A stretch of 64,000 bases of DNA from the human T2T-CHM13v2.0 reference genome, Homo sapiens: NCBI RefSeq assembly GCF_009914755.1, contig NC_060931.1; one strand, 5' to 3'. Each line of letters begins with the position of its first letter. Position 1 is the first letter of the stretch. This document shows, in pieces, positions 30,130-43,620 of the stretch. The notes under the pieces were generated by a model. It made no database searches. It was not told where the DNA came from and saw nothing but the letters and a program-made list of their open reading frames with translations. A program made the position numbers and the translations under genes.

Positions 30130-32945
30130 GTAAGATTTGATTATGAGGTTTTCTATGCTAGGGGAGTATTTTCAGCATACTCTTAGAAGGTTGAGTTCAA
30201 CAAGCAAAAAATTCAACCCAGGTCAAATCAGGCTCTGCTTAGTTTTGTGCTCGGAGGTTCCTTTTTATCTGTATCCACTGTGACAGAGGGCTCTTCTGCC
30301 ATGCGTCCCAGTTTCTACTCATGTGGCTTTGGCACCCAGCAGGGTCTCAGAGACGCTAGGAATTGAGCTAGACAGAAGCAACTGTCACAGATTGAATGAG
30401 TGACCCCAGAATTAGTAGCAAATGCAACTCAGTGACTGAGTCTGCTACAAAGAGTATTCTGTTTTCACCACTGCTCGGAGAACAGAGAAGGGTTATAGTG
30501 AAGCAGCACCTTGCAATAAAGCTTGTTTTAAAGAGGCTTTGAGGTTCAGTAGTCCATTGTGAATGTTATAAATGGCTCCTCATAAATAAAGTTGATCGAG
30601 TCTAGCAAGCTGATGTCCTGTACTCTAATTACCATGTGCACAGAGTTAAGTTAGCATATTCTCTCCTCTCACAGCCAAATACCTCAAAAATATTCTTAAC
30701 AGTTATCCGCAAGAATGGCTCATTATGATTTCTGAAAGCGTTTCTGGTGTGTTCAGATGATTTAGGGGAATTGCATCTTTTTATGATGGAGCTTGCGTAG
30801 CTTGGGTTAATCCACAGAGTAACTGATGGAATAGTGTCTAGTGGAGAACCATTTGGGTTGGGGCAGGGGTTCCTGAAAGTATTTGCAGAAAGATGAGTGG
30901 CAACCTTATTTCACAAGGGTTTTCTTTACTCCTTTCTGTTGCTTTTTAATATTGTACCAGAAAAATCCTGCCAAATGAAGGAGAAGCAGATGGTGGAATA
31001 CTTTGATTAAAATATATTTTTTGATCTCTTGGGCTTTTTAGGATGATATTATAATGATTAGAAAAAGTTGCCATAAACTCTCTTGACAAAAGTGTGTTGC
31101 TGTCTGCTCCCTCCCAGCAAACTGCTCACCGACTGGCATGATGCCCGGAGGGGGATAGTCCAATTGATGGATGTGGTTGTCACTAGCAGGAACCCTTGAT
31201 ATTGAAAGTTTTTATAGTGCTCTAATTTATTCTGTATAAGCAACTTATGCTAGAGACTTGTAAACATATACAAATTCACCCTCTAATTGCCTTTGTTTTA
31301 TAAAAAGATGCTTTTAATTTGGTGCTTTTTTGTATTTCTGCCTCTTTTAATTGGCTCACCCCAATTTAGTCCATTAGTGTATTCTTCAGCAAGTGTTGAA
31401 TACCTACTATGCATCAGATGCTAGGTCAGGCTTTGGGGAGTTCCGAAATGGCCCTTGTCTTCGAGGAGCTCTTAGGCCCATTGAGAAAATGGATATGCAC
31501 ATAATAATGGAGGTAGCAATTGTTGTTATAGGGGGTTGGTTGAGAAGTGCCAAAAAGGGAAGGATCCAGCAAGCACCTCATCAGAGCTTAGTTCTCAAAG
31601 CATACTGAGTTAGGTTGCCATTGTTGGCACAGTCATCTGTACGTGAGCTGACATATTGACATGTATGTGTGTTTGGTCTTCCCAAATGGACTGCAAAGTT
31701 CTTGAGAACAGGTGGCCATGTGGAGGATATGGATCCCAGGGTATCCAGGAGACATACAATAATGACTGAATTAATGAGGGAACTTGTTGCTTGATGACCT
31801 TAAAAGTTACCCTTAGTTATTAAGGCAGAGATACCAGACCCCATTGGTTAGATCAGAACAACCTGACATAATTCGGTTAATCTGAACTCATGCATGTTAA
31901 CAAAGCACAGTTGTGAAGCCAGAGGGAAGGCCCTTAAGAAGAGATACTGAGGCCATTTCCAGAGCAGTGTTTCCTGTTTCTTTCAAGAGAGGAGGTTGTC
32001 CACTCATTAACCACTTATCACTCCATTCCAATTCTTCAGAGGTTCTAGGAATGCTGCTCTTCTCTTCACAGGGGTGGAGGAAGAAGTCAGTTGTATCATC
32101 TTCAGAATCTCATGTGATTCTTGGTATTTATTTTTTATAGTCACTTTTTATTGCTATGGTCAATTATTTGCAAATAATATATGTATCACTTTAATTATAT
32201 GATATCCTAAGAAAATAAATACCTGGATTAATATAACAAAATACATTTGAACAGGATGGAAACTGGGCTAAGTTGTATTTTTGGGCGCAAACTAAGCTTC
32301 AATTTTTTTAAAAAAAAAAGATTAATTTTTACAAGTCAGCAGTTGTCCTATCTCTAATACTCTCCTGTGGTCTAATTTCTGACAAGTGTGAAGATTAGAG
32401 CCAGTAGGGAATATAATTAAGGTACTTGCTGAAAACATTTTATCTTAAAACTGTGAACTATGAAGATTTTAGAGAAGAATTTTCAGTAGATTTAAAAATT
32501 AATAGAAAAAAATTTAACTGAATTTTTATTATTAAAGCTCTAGAATATGACTCATACCTCTATAGGTGTCTGTGATGTTTGGCTTCTGAAAACACTGTGT
32601 GTTACCAGAGGGGAATCTTGGTCTAGAACCTCCTTGCCTTCAAAGCTGAGAAATGAATAGTGAAGAACCCCTTTTCTGTTTAGGCTGTGGAAAGTTGTTA
32701 GCCAGCTGGTGGGTAAAGTCAGATGAGCATTATTCCTGGGAGAAGGCGGGTTCCTGCAGGAGAAAGATTTCACCAATCCGTTGTTCACTTTCCCCTTTGA
32801 GTTATGCCTCTTGCAGTTTTCTACCTGGGTTTAAAATGAATCCACCTGGGGCATTACCCTCTGCGTGGCCTTAGAGCCAGTAGGAGGATGAAATTATCCT
32901 TCCATAGTTAAGCCTGTGTTATAACATTTCAACTTGCTTCCAAAG

Positions 32946-33179
32946 GTGGAAACATGGCTTCTGCAACTTGAACAGACTATGCAAGAAACGGTGCGTCATT
33001 CTATAACAGAAGCCATAGTGGCCTACGAGGAAAAACCTAGGGAACTGTGGATTTTTGATTTCCCAGCTCAGGTTGCACTAACCAGCTCACAAATATGGTG
33101 GACCACAGATGTAGGAATAGCCTTCAGTAGACTGGAAGAAGGCTACGAAACAGCCCTGAAGGATTTCCATAAAAAACAG
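32946..33179 (+). CDS. DNAH11: Dynein heavy chain coding exon E (234 nt, phase 0/0)
   Basis: Acceptor ttgcttccaaag|GTG, donor CAG|gtatta. Encodes [18 protein letters not shown]...[22 protein letters not shown]...DFHKKQ (VExWL, PAQV and QIWWT motifs). Confidence 0.96.
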
Positions 33180-35769
33180 GTATTACATAGATTTGTGATT
33201 TTGAGACATAAAGGAACTTCAAGATGTAAGCTTGCTTCATTCATTCTTTTAGTCATTCATTTACCGAGTGTCATCTGTGTGCAAAATACTATGCTGGGAA
33301 GATTTTAGCCATCAGTTGTTAAATCATTTTTTACCTTTGTGGTATCCTTCTAGATTTCTTTATGGGTTTTTAAAAAGTACATCGTGTCTATTGTCTTCTA
33401 AGGCTCTAGGATAGCACTCATACTAGATACTGTACATGCTTATTTTCTTCTGTGTAAGACTCTCCAACTAGGCAGATCATGTATTTATTAGAAAATATGT
33501 GCATGATTTGCATTATTCAAAATGGTGGAGGTTGGCTCAGCAAGAGCAAATATTTTCATGGGCTTTGGTTTTCTGTTAATTATAAATTACAGATGAGAAC
33601 TTTGAAAAATAATCTATTTTGAATTCTATTTTATTGATCCCAGTTATCCTGTGACCTTTCCTTAAGTCTTTCATCTTAATATGTGCTGTGAGCTATATAA
33701 CAGTTCAGAGATGTAGTCTTTCTTTGGTCTTATAGAATCAGAGTATATTAGGCTTGAAAAGGAGTTTAAGTATTAGTTTGTCTACTCTTCTGGTTTTCAG
33801 TGGATAAAATCTGAATCCATAAATATGAAGTGGCTTTCCCAATGTTGCACAGTTTATAAGTGAACCTGGTAGGATTGTACCTTCTTCCTGGTACTGAGTT
33901 AGAATGCTTCCCAATGCTCCTCATCAACCCCTTTTCTGCTTTAGCAGTACTTTTACTTCAATAACTTGAGAATCAAATAGATTTAGATAGTGAGTGATCC
34001 TTGTATTGTTAACACATTTGAAGATTCAAGTGTGGATTATTCCTTTTAATTTTACTCTTTCAATCTTGCATAGCGACCACCCAACTTATTTATATTACTA
34101 AAGAAGTGTTTGTACCACTTACTTTTGGGGAAAAAGAAATTCTTGATTTTACACTCTTAGGGGAAGATAAGGTAATTGTTTCTATTTAATAGGCTTGAAG
34201 TTACAGGATTCAATTGAAAGAAGTGGCTGGTTTCTTCCTACGGTGCCATCTTTGCAATTCTAGTAACTACCACTTGGATGCTGAAGCTGAGTAGTTAAAT
34301 TTTTTTTCATGGACATAAATAACTGAGATAATTAAATGCAATTCTGCTATGCCTTTCTTATAAAATAGCCTCTGGTTAGTTAATTTATTGATATTTATGC
34401 TTTTATTATGACCATTTTCATTATGCATATAAGTAAGGACATTTAAAAATACTTGGTTAAAATAATATCCTCTTTTAAATTTCAGCTATCCTCAATCACT
34501 ACTCAAACTTAAATCTTTCTACATGCATATTCCTACTTATTTTACTCTGTTTTTTTTCTAACTCTTATGTCCAACTTGTCTTTTTTTTGTTTCTAGACTG
34601 TTTTATTGCTTATAAGGTTAAATGATGTTTTATGGCTATTTATTATTTATATCAGCTTTTTTTATTTCTTTGTTATTTTTTGCTGTTAAAGATGATAAAG
34701 AAAATACAGTCACAGAAAATGAAAAGAAGGGACATAACATTTAAACAACACCCATAAATTCATTTTCAGGAGAAAAATTATTAACATTTTGGCATGCAAA
34801 CATCAAAAGTTTTTTCTCTATTTACTATCTTTATCTGTCTTTATGAATGTATAGACATGCCTGTTTATAGGTATAAACATGTATAAATCTGTAGCTATTT
34901 ATATATAAGTGTAATTATTTATGTAGCTATGTATCTGTGTCTATAGATACACATTTTAAAAAATTATTTTACATTCCATACATTTATTTGATTATTTTAT
35001 ATTTTCACTCAATATATTATCTACATATTTTCTTGTCATAAATATACATCAGATCCACACTAAAAGTGACTGAATATTATTTCTTTATATGGATATACCA
35101 GAATTTATTTTCTTTCTTCTCCTTTGTTTCGGTTTACTCTGGTTGTCTAACTTCTTATCAGGCACTGCTCTAGGTTCTGTGATTCTAGCAGCGATGTTCC
35201 TCCACTCAGGCACTTACATTCTAGTTAATCATTAATAGATCTTAACGTCTCTCCTCAAGAATCTTAGGATCATTTATTCTGTTCTCCACTCCCCATCTTA
35301 CATGTAGTCATTTAAACCTTATTTTTTTAAAATTATCCATTAATTATGGTGGGAGTGGTATTATTATTTCAGATCTTAATTAGATTTACCAACATATTTA
35401 CCAATGACTTTGCTCATTTTTTATTTATTTTTCACCTGATTGCTTATTTGTGAATTAAATTCCCTTCTTTCTATAGAATATATTTTAGGAGTTTGTGCAG
35501 TGGTGAATTGTTACAGGAAAATTTCTGGTCCCTTGTCTTTATTTTGACTTCCTTTTTGATAATCTAGCTGGGTATAGAATTCTAAGTTGATAGTTTTTTT
35601 TAATACCTGAAAAATATTTTTCCATTTATCTTATGGCTTTTATTATTGTTATTGTAAAATCTTATGTCATTCAAATTATTTTTCCATTGTAAGCTATCTG
35701 TCTTGTTTTGGGGGATAATTTTAAGATTTCTTTCTTTTTGTGGTTCTGATAAAACTTTTTTCCTTGTAG

Positions 35770-36325
35770 CATATGATTAAGAAGAAAGAGGAATCCAGGG
35801 CCAGATTAAGTAGACTCAAATCTCAGCTTCTACTATTCATTAGCTATGTGACTATGGACAAGCTATTTAGCTACTCTATGCCTTAGTTTTATCATCTGCA
35901 AAACACGGACAATGACAGTACTTGCATCGTAGGATCATTAGAAGGATTACTTAGTTAGTATATGGAAAATACTATTTTTTTTTTGAGATGGAGTTTCGCT
36001 CCTGTCATCCAGTCTGGAGTGCAATGGCACAATCTCAGCTCACTGCAACCTCTACCTTCCAGGTCAAGCAATTCTCCTGCCACAGCCTCCTGAGTAGCTG
36101 GGATTACAGGCACCCTCCATTATGCCCAGCTAATTTTTGTGTTTTTAGTAGAGACAGGGTTTCACCATGTTGGCCAGGCTGGTCTCGAACTCCTGACCTC
36201 AAGATGATCCACCTGCCTCGACCTCCCAAAGTGCTGGGATTATAGACATGAGCCACTGTGCCTGGCCAAATGCTATTTTTAAATAGTGTTTTAGTTTATG
36301 TGCTATATAAGGGCTGGCTATTGCT
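35770..36325. mobile_element. MIR interrupted by an Alu
   Basis: tagctatgtgactatggacaag...ctctatgccttagttttatcatctgcaaaa MIR core. Confidence 0.7.
35975..36267 (-). mobile_element. AluS
   Basis: Antisense dimer; TSD aaat(a/g)ctattttt. Confidence 0.93.
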
Positions 36326-36629
36326 GCTGTTGTTAATGCTATGACAATAATGATGATGGTGTCCAGTGTGGTACACAACTTATTTAATACATTTTCCTCA
36401 GTAGTTTATAAGAAAAATTTTCTAACATGAAGAAAAGCTGAAAGAATTTTGTAACATGTGTGCCTACCACTTAGATTCTACAATTAATATCTTGTTTTAT
36501 TTTCTTTATAACATGTCATTTATCAAACCCTATAACCATCCATCAATTCATTTTGTGTCTATGAATCATTTCAAAGGAAGTTGCAGATACCATAATCTTT
36601 ACCCCTAAATATTCCATTATTTAAAATTT

Positions 36630-38215
36630 TAAATTTTAATTGAAAGGTAAATACTGTGTATATTTATGTGTACACATGATGTTTTGATATCTGTATGTAT
36701 GATGGAATGGCTAAATCAGGGTATTTAACATTTGCGTTACCTCACTTTTTTTTGTGGTAAGAATGTTTAAAAGGTACTTTCTTAGCACTTTTCAAAAATA
36801 TTTTATTTTGTTACTAACTGAGGTCACCATGATGTACAATAGACCTCTTGAACTTATTCCTCCCAACTGAAATTTTGTGTCCTTTGACTAATAGCTCCCC
36901 AAACCTTCTACCCCTCAGCCTGTGGTAACTACTATTTTGCTGTTTATGTAAATTGGACTTTTTCATTTAAAATTTTTTTAAATTTTATTTGCAGAAATGT
37001 ATGAAGTACAAGTGCAATCTTGCTACCTGCGTTGAATTCGTAATGGTGAATTCAGTGCTTTTTAGGGTATCTTTCATCTGAACAATGTATAGTGTGTCCA
37101 TTAATTTCTCATCATCCACCCCTTACCACCCCCTAATGATTCCCAGTCTCCGTTGTCTGTCATTCCACACTCAATATCCATGTGTACACATTGTTTAGCT
37201 CCCACTTATAGGTGAGAACATGTGACATTTGTCTATGTCTCACTTGTTTCACTGATGATAATGACCTCTAGTTCCCTGCGTGTTGCTACAAAAGACATGA
37301 TTTTATTCTTTTTTATGGTGGAGTAGTAGTCCATTGTATATATATGTCACATTTTCTTTTTCCATTCATCCGTCAGTGGCCACTTAGGTTGATTCCGTAA
37401 GTTTGCTATTGTGAATAGTGTTGCAATAAACATAGGGGTAGAGATATCTTTCTGATGCAATGACTTATTTTCCTTTCAGTAGATACTTGGTAATGGGATT
37501 GCTGGGTCAGATGCTGGTTCTATTATTAGTTCTTTGAGAAATCTCCATACTGTTTTCCATAGGGGTTGTGCTAATTTATATTCTCACGAAGAATGTATAA
37601 GAGTTCTTTTTTTTCCGCATCTTCACCAACATCTGTGTTGTTGTTGGTCTTTTTAATAGCCATTCTGACTGCTATAGTATCTCACTGTGGTTTTAATTTG
37701 CATTTCCCTGATGATTAGTGATGTTGAGCATTTTTTCAGATGTCCTTTGGTTTTTGTATAACTTCTTTTGAAAAATGTTTATTCATGGAGTTTGACATTT
37801 TTATATTCCACATACAAGTGAGATCATACAGTATTTGTTTTTCTATGCCTGGCTTATTTCAATTCACATAATGTCCTCCTGATTGTCATAAATGACAGGA
37901 TTTCCTTTTTTTTTTTTTTAAAGACACAATAGTATTTCATTGTGTATATTTGCCATATTTGCTTTATTCGTCCATTGATGGAGACCTAGGTTGATTCCAT
38001 AGCTTAGTGATTCTTCATAATGCTGAATAATGCTGAAGAGATACAGGTGTCTCTTCAACGTACTGATTTCAGTTCTCTGGTATATATCTCCATTAGTCAG
38101 ATTGCTGGATCATATGGTAATTCTATTTTTAATTTTTTGAGGAAACTTTATGCTATTTTTCATAATGGCTGCACTAACTTACATTCCCACCAACAGTGTA
38201 CAAGGATTCCCTTTT
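36630..38215 (-). mobile_element. L1MA 3' fragment with a nested L1PB-like 3' fragment (about 36970-37785)
   Basis: Two antisense L1 3' ends. The outer one resumes at tttgacatttttatattccacatacaagtgagatcat after the inner one (gctcccacttataggtgagaacatg). Confidence 0.8.
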
Positions 38216-38610
38216 TAAGCACTTCAATTTACATACCCAATTCATCAGTTTAATTTCAGTTATTATATCTCAATTTCCCAAAGTTTTTTTTTTTTTTTTT
38301 TGGCTTTTTTAAAAATTTTATGGTCACCTGTCTTTTCATTGTGGTTTCTATTCTTTAATCTTATTAATTATTTTAAAGAGATGTTTAATAGTTTTACTTG
38401 GATTGTTCTACTAGCTCTAGTTCTGAGGCTGGATCTCCTGTTAAATTTGATTTGTTTTTAAATGTTCATTTTTAAAGGTTATCTTTATGTCTGGTTTTTT
38501 TTCTGTAGGAATTGTCTTCCCTAAATTGAGCAAATGTCTCTACAGTGTATCTCCCCTCGCCCCCGCCCCCGCAATTCTTTCAGGTTTCTATAGATCTTCT
38601 AAGTTCTGGG

Positions 38611-38911
38611 TGATGATTGTGATTATGATTGAGACAGTCTTGCTCTTTTTCCTGGGCTGGAGTTCAGTGAAGAAATCATGGCTCACTGCAGCCTCAAACT
38701 CCTGGGCTCAAGCAAACCTCCCGCCTCATGTTCCTGAGTAGCTAGGACCACAGGTGCATACTACCACAGCTGACTAATTTTTGTTTTTTTCTTATGGAGA
38801 GGTGGTCTAACTATGTTGAGCAGGCTGGTTTTGAACTCCAGGCTTGAAGCAATCCTCCCACTCCAGTCTCTCAAAGTGCTGGAATTACAGGTGTGAGCCA
38901 CTGCCTCGGCC
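38611..38911 (-). mobile_element. AluJ
   Basis: ctgcagcctcaaactcctgggctcaagc J diagnostics; tail degenerated to (TGAT)-like repeats. Confidence 0.88.
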
Positions 38912-39215
38912 AGTTGTAGATTAATTTTGCAATTACTCAGTTTAGGATTTTCTGATCACATTAGCAGGGTTAATTTGGATGCTTCAGTATCTCAGCTTTA
39001 TGTTCAACATCTCAGTCCCAACTTTCTGCCTTGCTTGAGGGAGTATGAGAGACACAACTGAAATGGGAACATTTCTGTCCCCATGTGGCAATTTAAACCT
39101 CAGCTCCAGATGTTTGGCTCTCTGTCCAAATTCTTTGAGCTGCCATGGCATTCGCTTATCGACCTCATCATACCTCTCTGCTTTGAGGCTCATTCTTGTT
39201 GTCAGGAAGGGATCA

Positions 39216-39305
39216 GTCTCCTCTCTTTCTTTATCTCTCTCTCTCTCTCTCACTCTCTCTTCCCCTTCCTCCCTCTCAGTGCCTTTCACTCCCTCTCTCT
39301 CACTC
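39216..39305. repeat. (CT)n-rich simple repeat
   Basis: tctctctctctctctcactctctctt run. Confidence 0.85.
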
Positions 39306-41454
39306 CGCTATTGACCTCTCCGCCTTTCTACCTTTCTCATGTTTGGCTATGTACTTTGTATTTAGATATGTTCTGTTTTATTTCATATTTCTGTGTTAAT
39401 AAAGAAATTGTCCATGTTCATTTAATATATTGCAAGACCACCTATTATTATGATGATTATTGTTGGTAATACTGGCTAGTTGGGTTGCTTTTCCATTTTT
39501 GGTTATCGTTAATAATACTGCAAGGAACAGCCTTGTATAGACATGTTACATGTATTTTTATTTATTCAGGATAAATTTCCAGATGTAAAATTGCTAGATC
39601 AAAGCCTTTGCAAGATAGTGCCAAATTTACCTTCCCAATATCAGTGTATAAGAAGTGTCCACTCCTTCCCCTGTCAACAACATTGGGCTGGTTCTTTTTT
39701 TTGTTCTCATTCTTATAAAATTATTCATATCCCAGTAGCTTTGGCTGGTTCAACTAATTAATGGAATTTAGTGTTCTTCTCTTAAAATCTTTTAAAAGTT
39801 TTCCACTTTGTTCTAGAGTTAAATAGTGCTTCTTTTTTCATGTTGGATGAGAAGTAGAGAAAAGGGATGATTTGTGAAGAAAGCATTTATCCACATAATT
39901 ATAAAACACTTCTAGCATGAATTGAAATGTTTGACAGACCAGACAAGCAGATGCTTTTACTACAGTGTTTCAGTTTTGTGACTGGCACTAACATGTATAT
40001 TACAGAAGCTAACATTTGAATTCTGCTAAGCTGTGGTTTGGGTCATGAGAAATGTTTGCATCTAAGTTGAAACCTTTTTAGTTTTCTTCCTTTCAAAATG
40101 GATGTAACCATCTGCTGGAGTGTGCTTTTAATTAAAATTATTCTTACTAATACTGTAAGCAGTTTTTTAAATGAGCTTTAGTCATTTAAAATAGCTTAAT
40201 TTTAAAACTGGTATCAGAGTTGTGTATAATTGATGATTATAAGTAATTCCTTTCAGTAATTCCTTTCCTTGGTTATCCCAAATTGTAGTGAGATAAATAA
40301 ACCAAGGTAATAATTTTAAACTCTATTTCCCCCTTGGATCTATGGTGATTGCATATTAGTATTGGGATTAAAGGCAAAAATACTGCATTTTGAATATATA
40401 TCGCTGCCTTGTCAGAGTCTTTGAAAAAAGTGGCAAGTATGATAAATTTAATTTCCCAGATTTGAAGGTTCCTTGGTGAAAGTGTTTTGTTTTGGAGGCT
40501 TGGGATATGGTAGGAAAGTTTCTCCACTCCTCTTTTATTATTGAGCTGTGTGAAAATCATCAAAAGAGAGATAGAAGTGTTTTAAACTTTAAAAAATTAA
40601 TATCTGTAGTGTGCAGGGACATTACCCAGAGACTTTTGTTAAGAACTCATGATAAATAATATAAAACTTTTCTCATTAACCATCCTCTCCCTCTCAACAA
40701 AGACTCAGAAATACCAGTATACATATAAGAAAGAGACCCTCATTTTGCTGCTGAAAGCCAATTTTTGGCCTCACTTTTAGTTGCTAAGAAAGTCTTTTAA
40801 AAAATTTGGATACAATATTGGTAGCATTCTTATCTTGTTTCAGCCCTATTACCTGAATAGAGAAGCCTGTCAAGCCTGGAGCTACCAAGTGTATATTGGA
40901 CACAAGTATTTTTTTTTTTTGGCCTTTATATAACAATGTGATCTGATAGCCTTATACTTTATAATCTAGCAGTAACTCACAAGATCATGAGTAGAGCACA
41001 TACTCTCTACCTCCCCTCTCATCAAAGGTTACATTGAATGACAGGTAAGGTATATGAAAAAAAACATAGTGTTCCTAGAAATACAGGAACAGATGATTTG
41101 AGGAATGCTAGGAACACATGAAATTGAATTGATAGCTGACTAAGAACAGAGAAAATCAGTCCAAACCTATAAAAAGAGGAAGCTATTGCAATGGTAAGCC
41201 AATTTTCACCCAGCAAAATTTCAGATAAATTATGAACTCACCTTAAGCAAATATAAAAAATGTGGAGTTTATGGTTAGTGATAAGGATTAAATCTAGAAG
41301 AAATGGATAACTGTAGCAGCTTCTCTCCCCTGTATATCCCAAGAGGCTATTAGTGGAGGTGTTTGTCCCCAGTACAAAGCCCTGAGAAATGCTTTGCAAG
41401 CAAAGTGAGCCATTTATAGAGGGCTTCTGTCATAAATATGTCTTGACTGAAGAG

Positions 41455-41670
41455 CAGGAGTTGGCCTACTTTTTCTGGGAAGAATCAGGTAGTAATTATT
41501 TTGTCTTTGTGGGCCATATAGTCTCTTCTGCATGCACGCATCTCTATTGTAGTGGTTGCAAAGAAGCAATTCATAATTTGTAAGTGAATAGTTGGGTTGT
41601 AATAAAATGGTGTTTATAAAAACAGGTGGTGGGCCAAATTTGGTTCATGGCCTATAGTTTACCACCTCTG
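41455..41670. mobile_element. MER58A-like hAT MITE
   Basis: caggagttggc...ctatagtttaccacctctg degenerate TIRs, about 215 bp. Confidence 0.75.
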
Positions 41671-42321
41671 CTTTAGAGAAAGAAGCAGAACAAATCCTGA
41701 AGTAACTGAAGATCCCCACAATGAGAGATGGAGGTAAGAGAAAAAAGGATTTGTCACCCATATATGCCATTGGATTTCAATATGATCCATTAACATGAGA
41801 GTTGGTTCTTTGAACAGACCAATAATACTGACAAATTTTGCAGTTTAGAGAAGGAATCAAAAACATACAATAAAGGGATAGGGAAAAAACATAATCCCTG
41901 TAAGAGATTTTAAAATGACTGTGTACGTATGTGATTTTTTTTGCTAATAATTAAGTCAAAATCTAAAATAAATGGATGTTTCTCTATGAATACTTTTTCT
42001 AGAATTGAATCAAAATAATTTAGAAAACTCAAGTAGACCATTAACGATGGAAATAATTGAAATTGTAATCATGGTAGTCAAAGATGGGCACTCCTTCCTA
42101 AATAGGACCCTGTTTCAATGATTTTATCATGGGAAAGGTAAACACCATGTTACATCAACTGTTCTGGAATATAAACAGAGATGTAAGGATTTTCCACTCT
42201 TTCTATAAAGTTCTAATATACTTGATAGAAAAACCACACAAAGATAAAATACAAAAGAAAATTCTTTCAGCAAATCTCCTAAGTTAGCATATCTTCTTTT
42301 TTGTGTGGATTTTTTACTTAA

Positions 42322-42775
42322 CACTGGGAGCCAGTCCTTATGGGTCTTACATTTATATACATCTTATGAACAGAGGTAATGACTGCCCTTTGTTCCAGAT
42401 ATATTTTTATAGTGAACATTCTTGAAAATAGAGATAGTATCTCTCTCCAGAGCAAAGGGCATGTTGACTTATTTTTTAGTATAATAAAAATAATATCTCT
42501 TCCTAGGGCAAATGTCAGACATGCTGTCTTATAAAAGATTTGCACTCCCTAAATCCAGAATGTTTCTCTTGTAACACAGCTCATTGCATGTGCTAGCCCT
42601 CTTTGAATATCCTTTGAAAGTTTGTACTCAGTGCTAATGTTCTAATATTACTCATGGTATTGCTGTAATAAACTGTCCTTTATCTCTGACCTGTGAGTCT
42701 CATGTCTTCTGCCAGCATCCATGACTTGTTAGCCAGCAAGTAGGATAAAATTTCAGACCCCTCACATTTTTCAAC
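42322..42775 (+). mobile_element. Solo ERVL-type LTR (MER68/76/77 group)
   Basis: tagagatagtatctctctccagagcaaagggc, TATA-like cttataaaag, aataaactgtcctttatctctgacc and aaaatttcagaccc end motifs. Confidence 0.6.
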
Positions 42776-43345
42776 GAACATATTTTTGAGATTCATCTCT
42801 GTCGTTGCATGTATTTGCTGTTCATTATTTGTTATTGCTTACTAATAATACATTGTATACGTGTACCACAATTTTTCTACTCATCTTGTTACTTGACATT
42901 TGGGTTTCCAGTTTGAGACTATTATTTCTAAGGCTGCTTTAAACATTACTGGATTAAGTCTTTTTGTGAACATATATTTTCATTTCTCCTGGGTAGAAGC
43001 CTAAAAGTGAAATTGCTGGATCACAGAGAAAGTGTACGTTTAACCATTTAAGAAACAGTCAAACAGTTCTCTATTGTTAATACTACCATGGACAATGTAA
43101 CCGAATTTCAGTTGCTTTATATACTCGCTCATATTTGTATTGTCAGTCTTATAATTGCAGCCATTTCAGTGGATATAAAATAGTATATCATTGTGATTTT
43201 AACTGGCATTTTTCTAATGTCTAAAGATGTTGAGCAACTTCTTATGGGGTAATTAGCATTCGTACATCCTCTATTGTGAAGTATCTATTAAAATCTTTTG
43301 ATCTTTTGCTCCATTTTCAAACAGTTGGGTGATTTGCCTTATATA

Positions 43346-43620
43346 TTTTTAAGACAGGGTCTCACTCTGTCAACCAGGCTGGAGTGCAGTGGCACAATCT
43401 GCAGCCTCAAACTCCTGGGCTAGCGATTCTCCTGCCTCAGCCTCTTTTGTAGCAAGGACTAGAGGCAAGCACCACCGTGCTCAGTTTAAACATTTTAAAA
43501 ATTCTTTTTGTAGGTCTTGCTATGTTTCCCAGGTTCTCTTGAGCTCCTGACCTCAAATGATCCTCCTGCCTCGGCCTCCCAAAGTGTTGGGATTAAAGGT
43601 GTGAGCCACTGAGCCTGGTC
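43346..43620 (-). mobile_element. AluJ
   Basis: Degenerate antisense Alu dimer. Confidence 0.88.
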
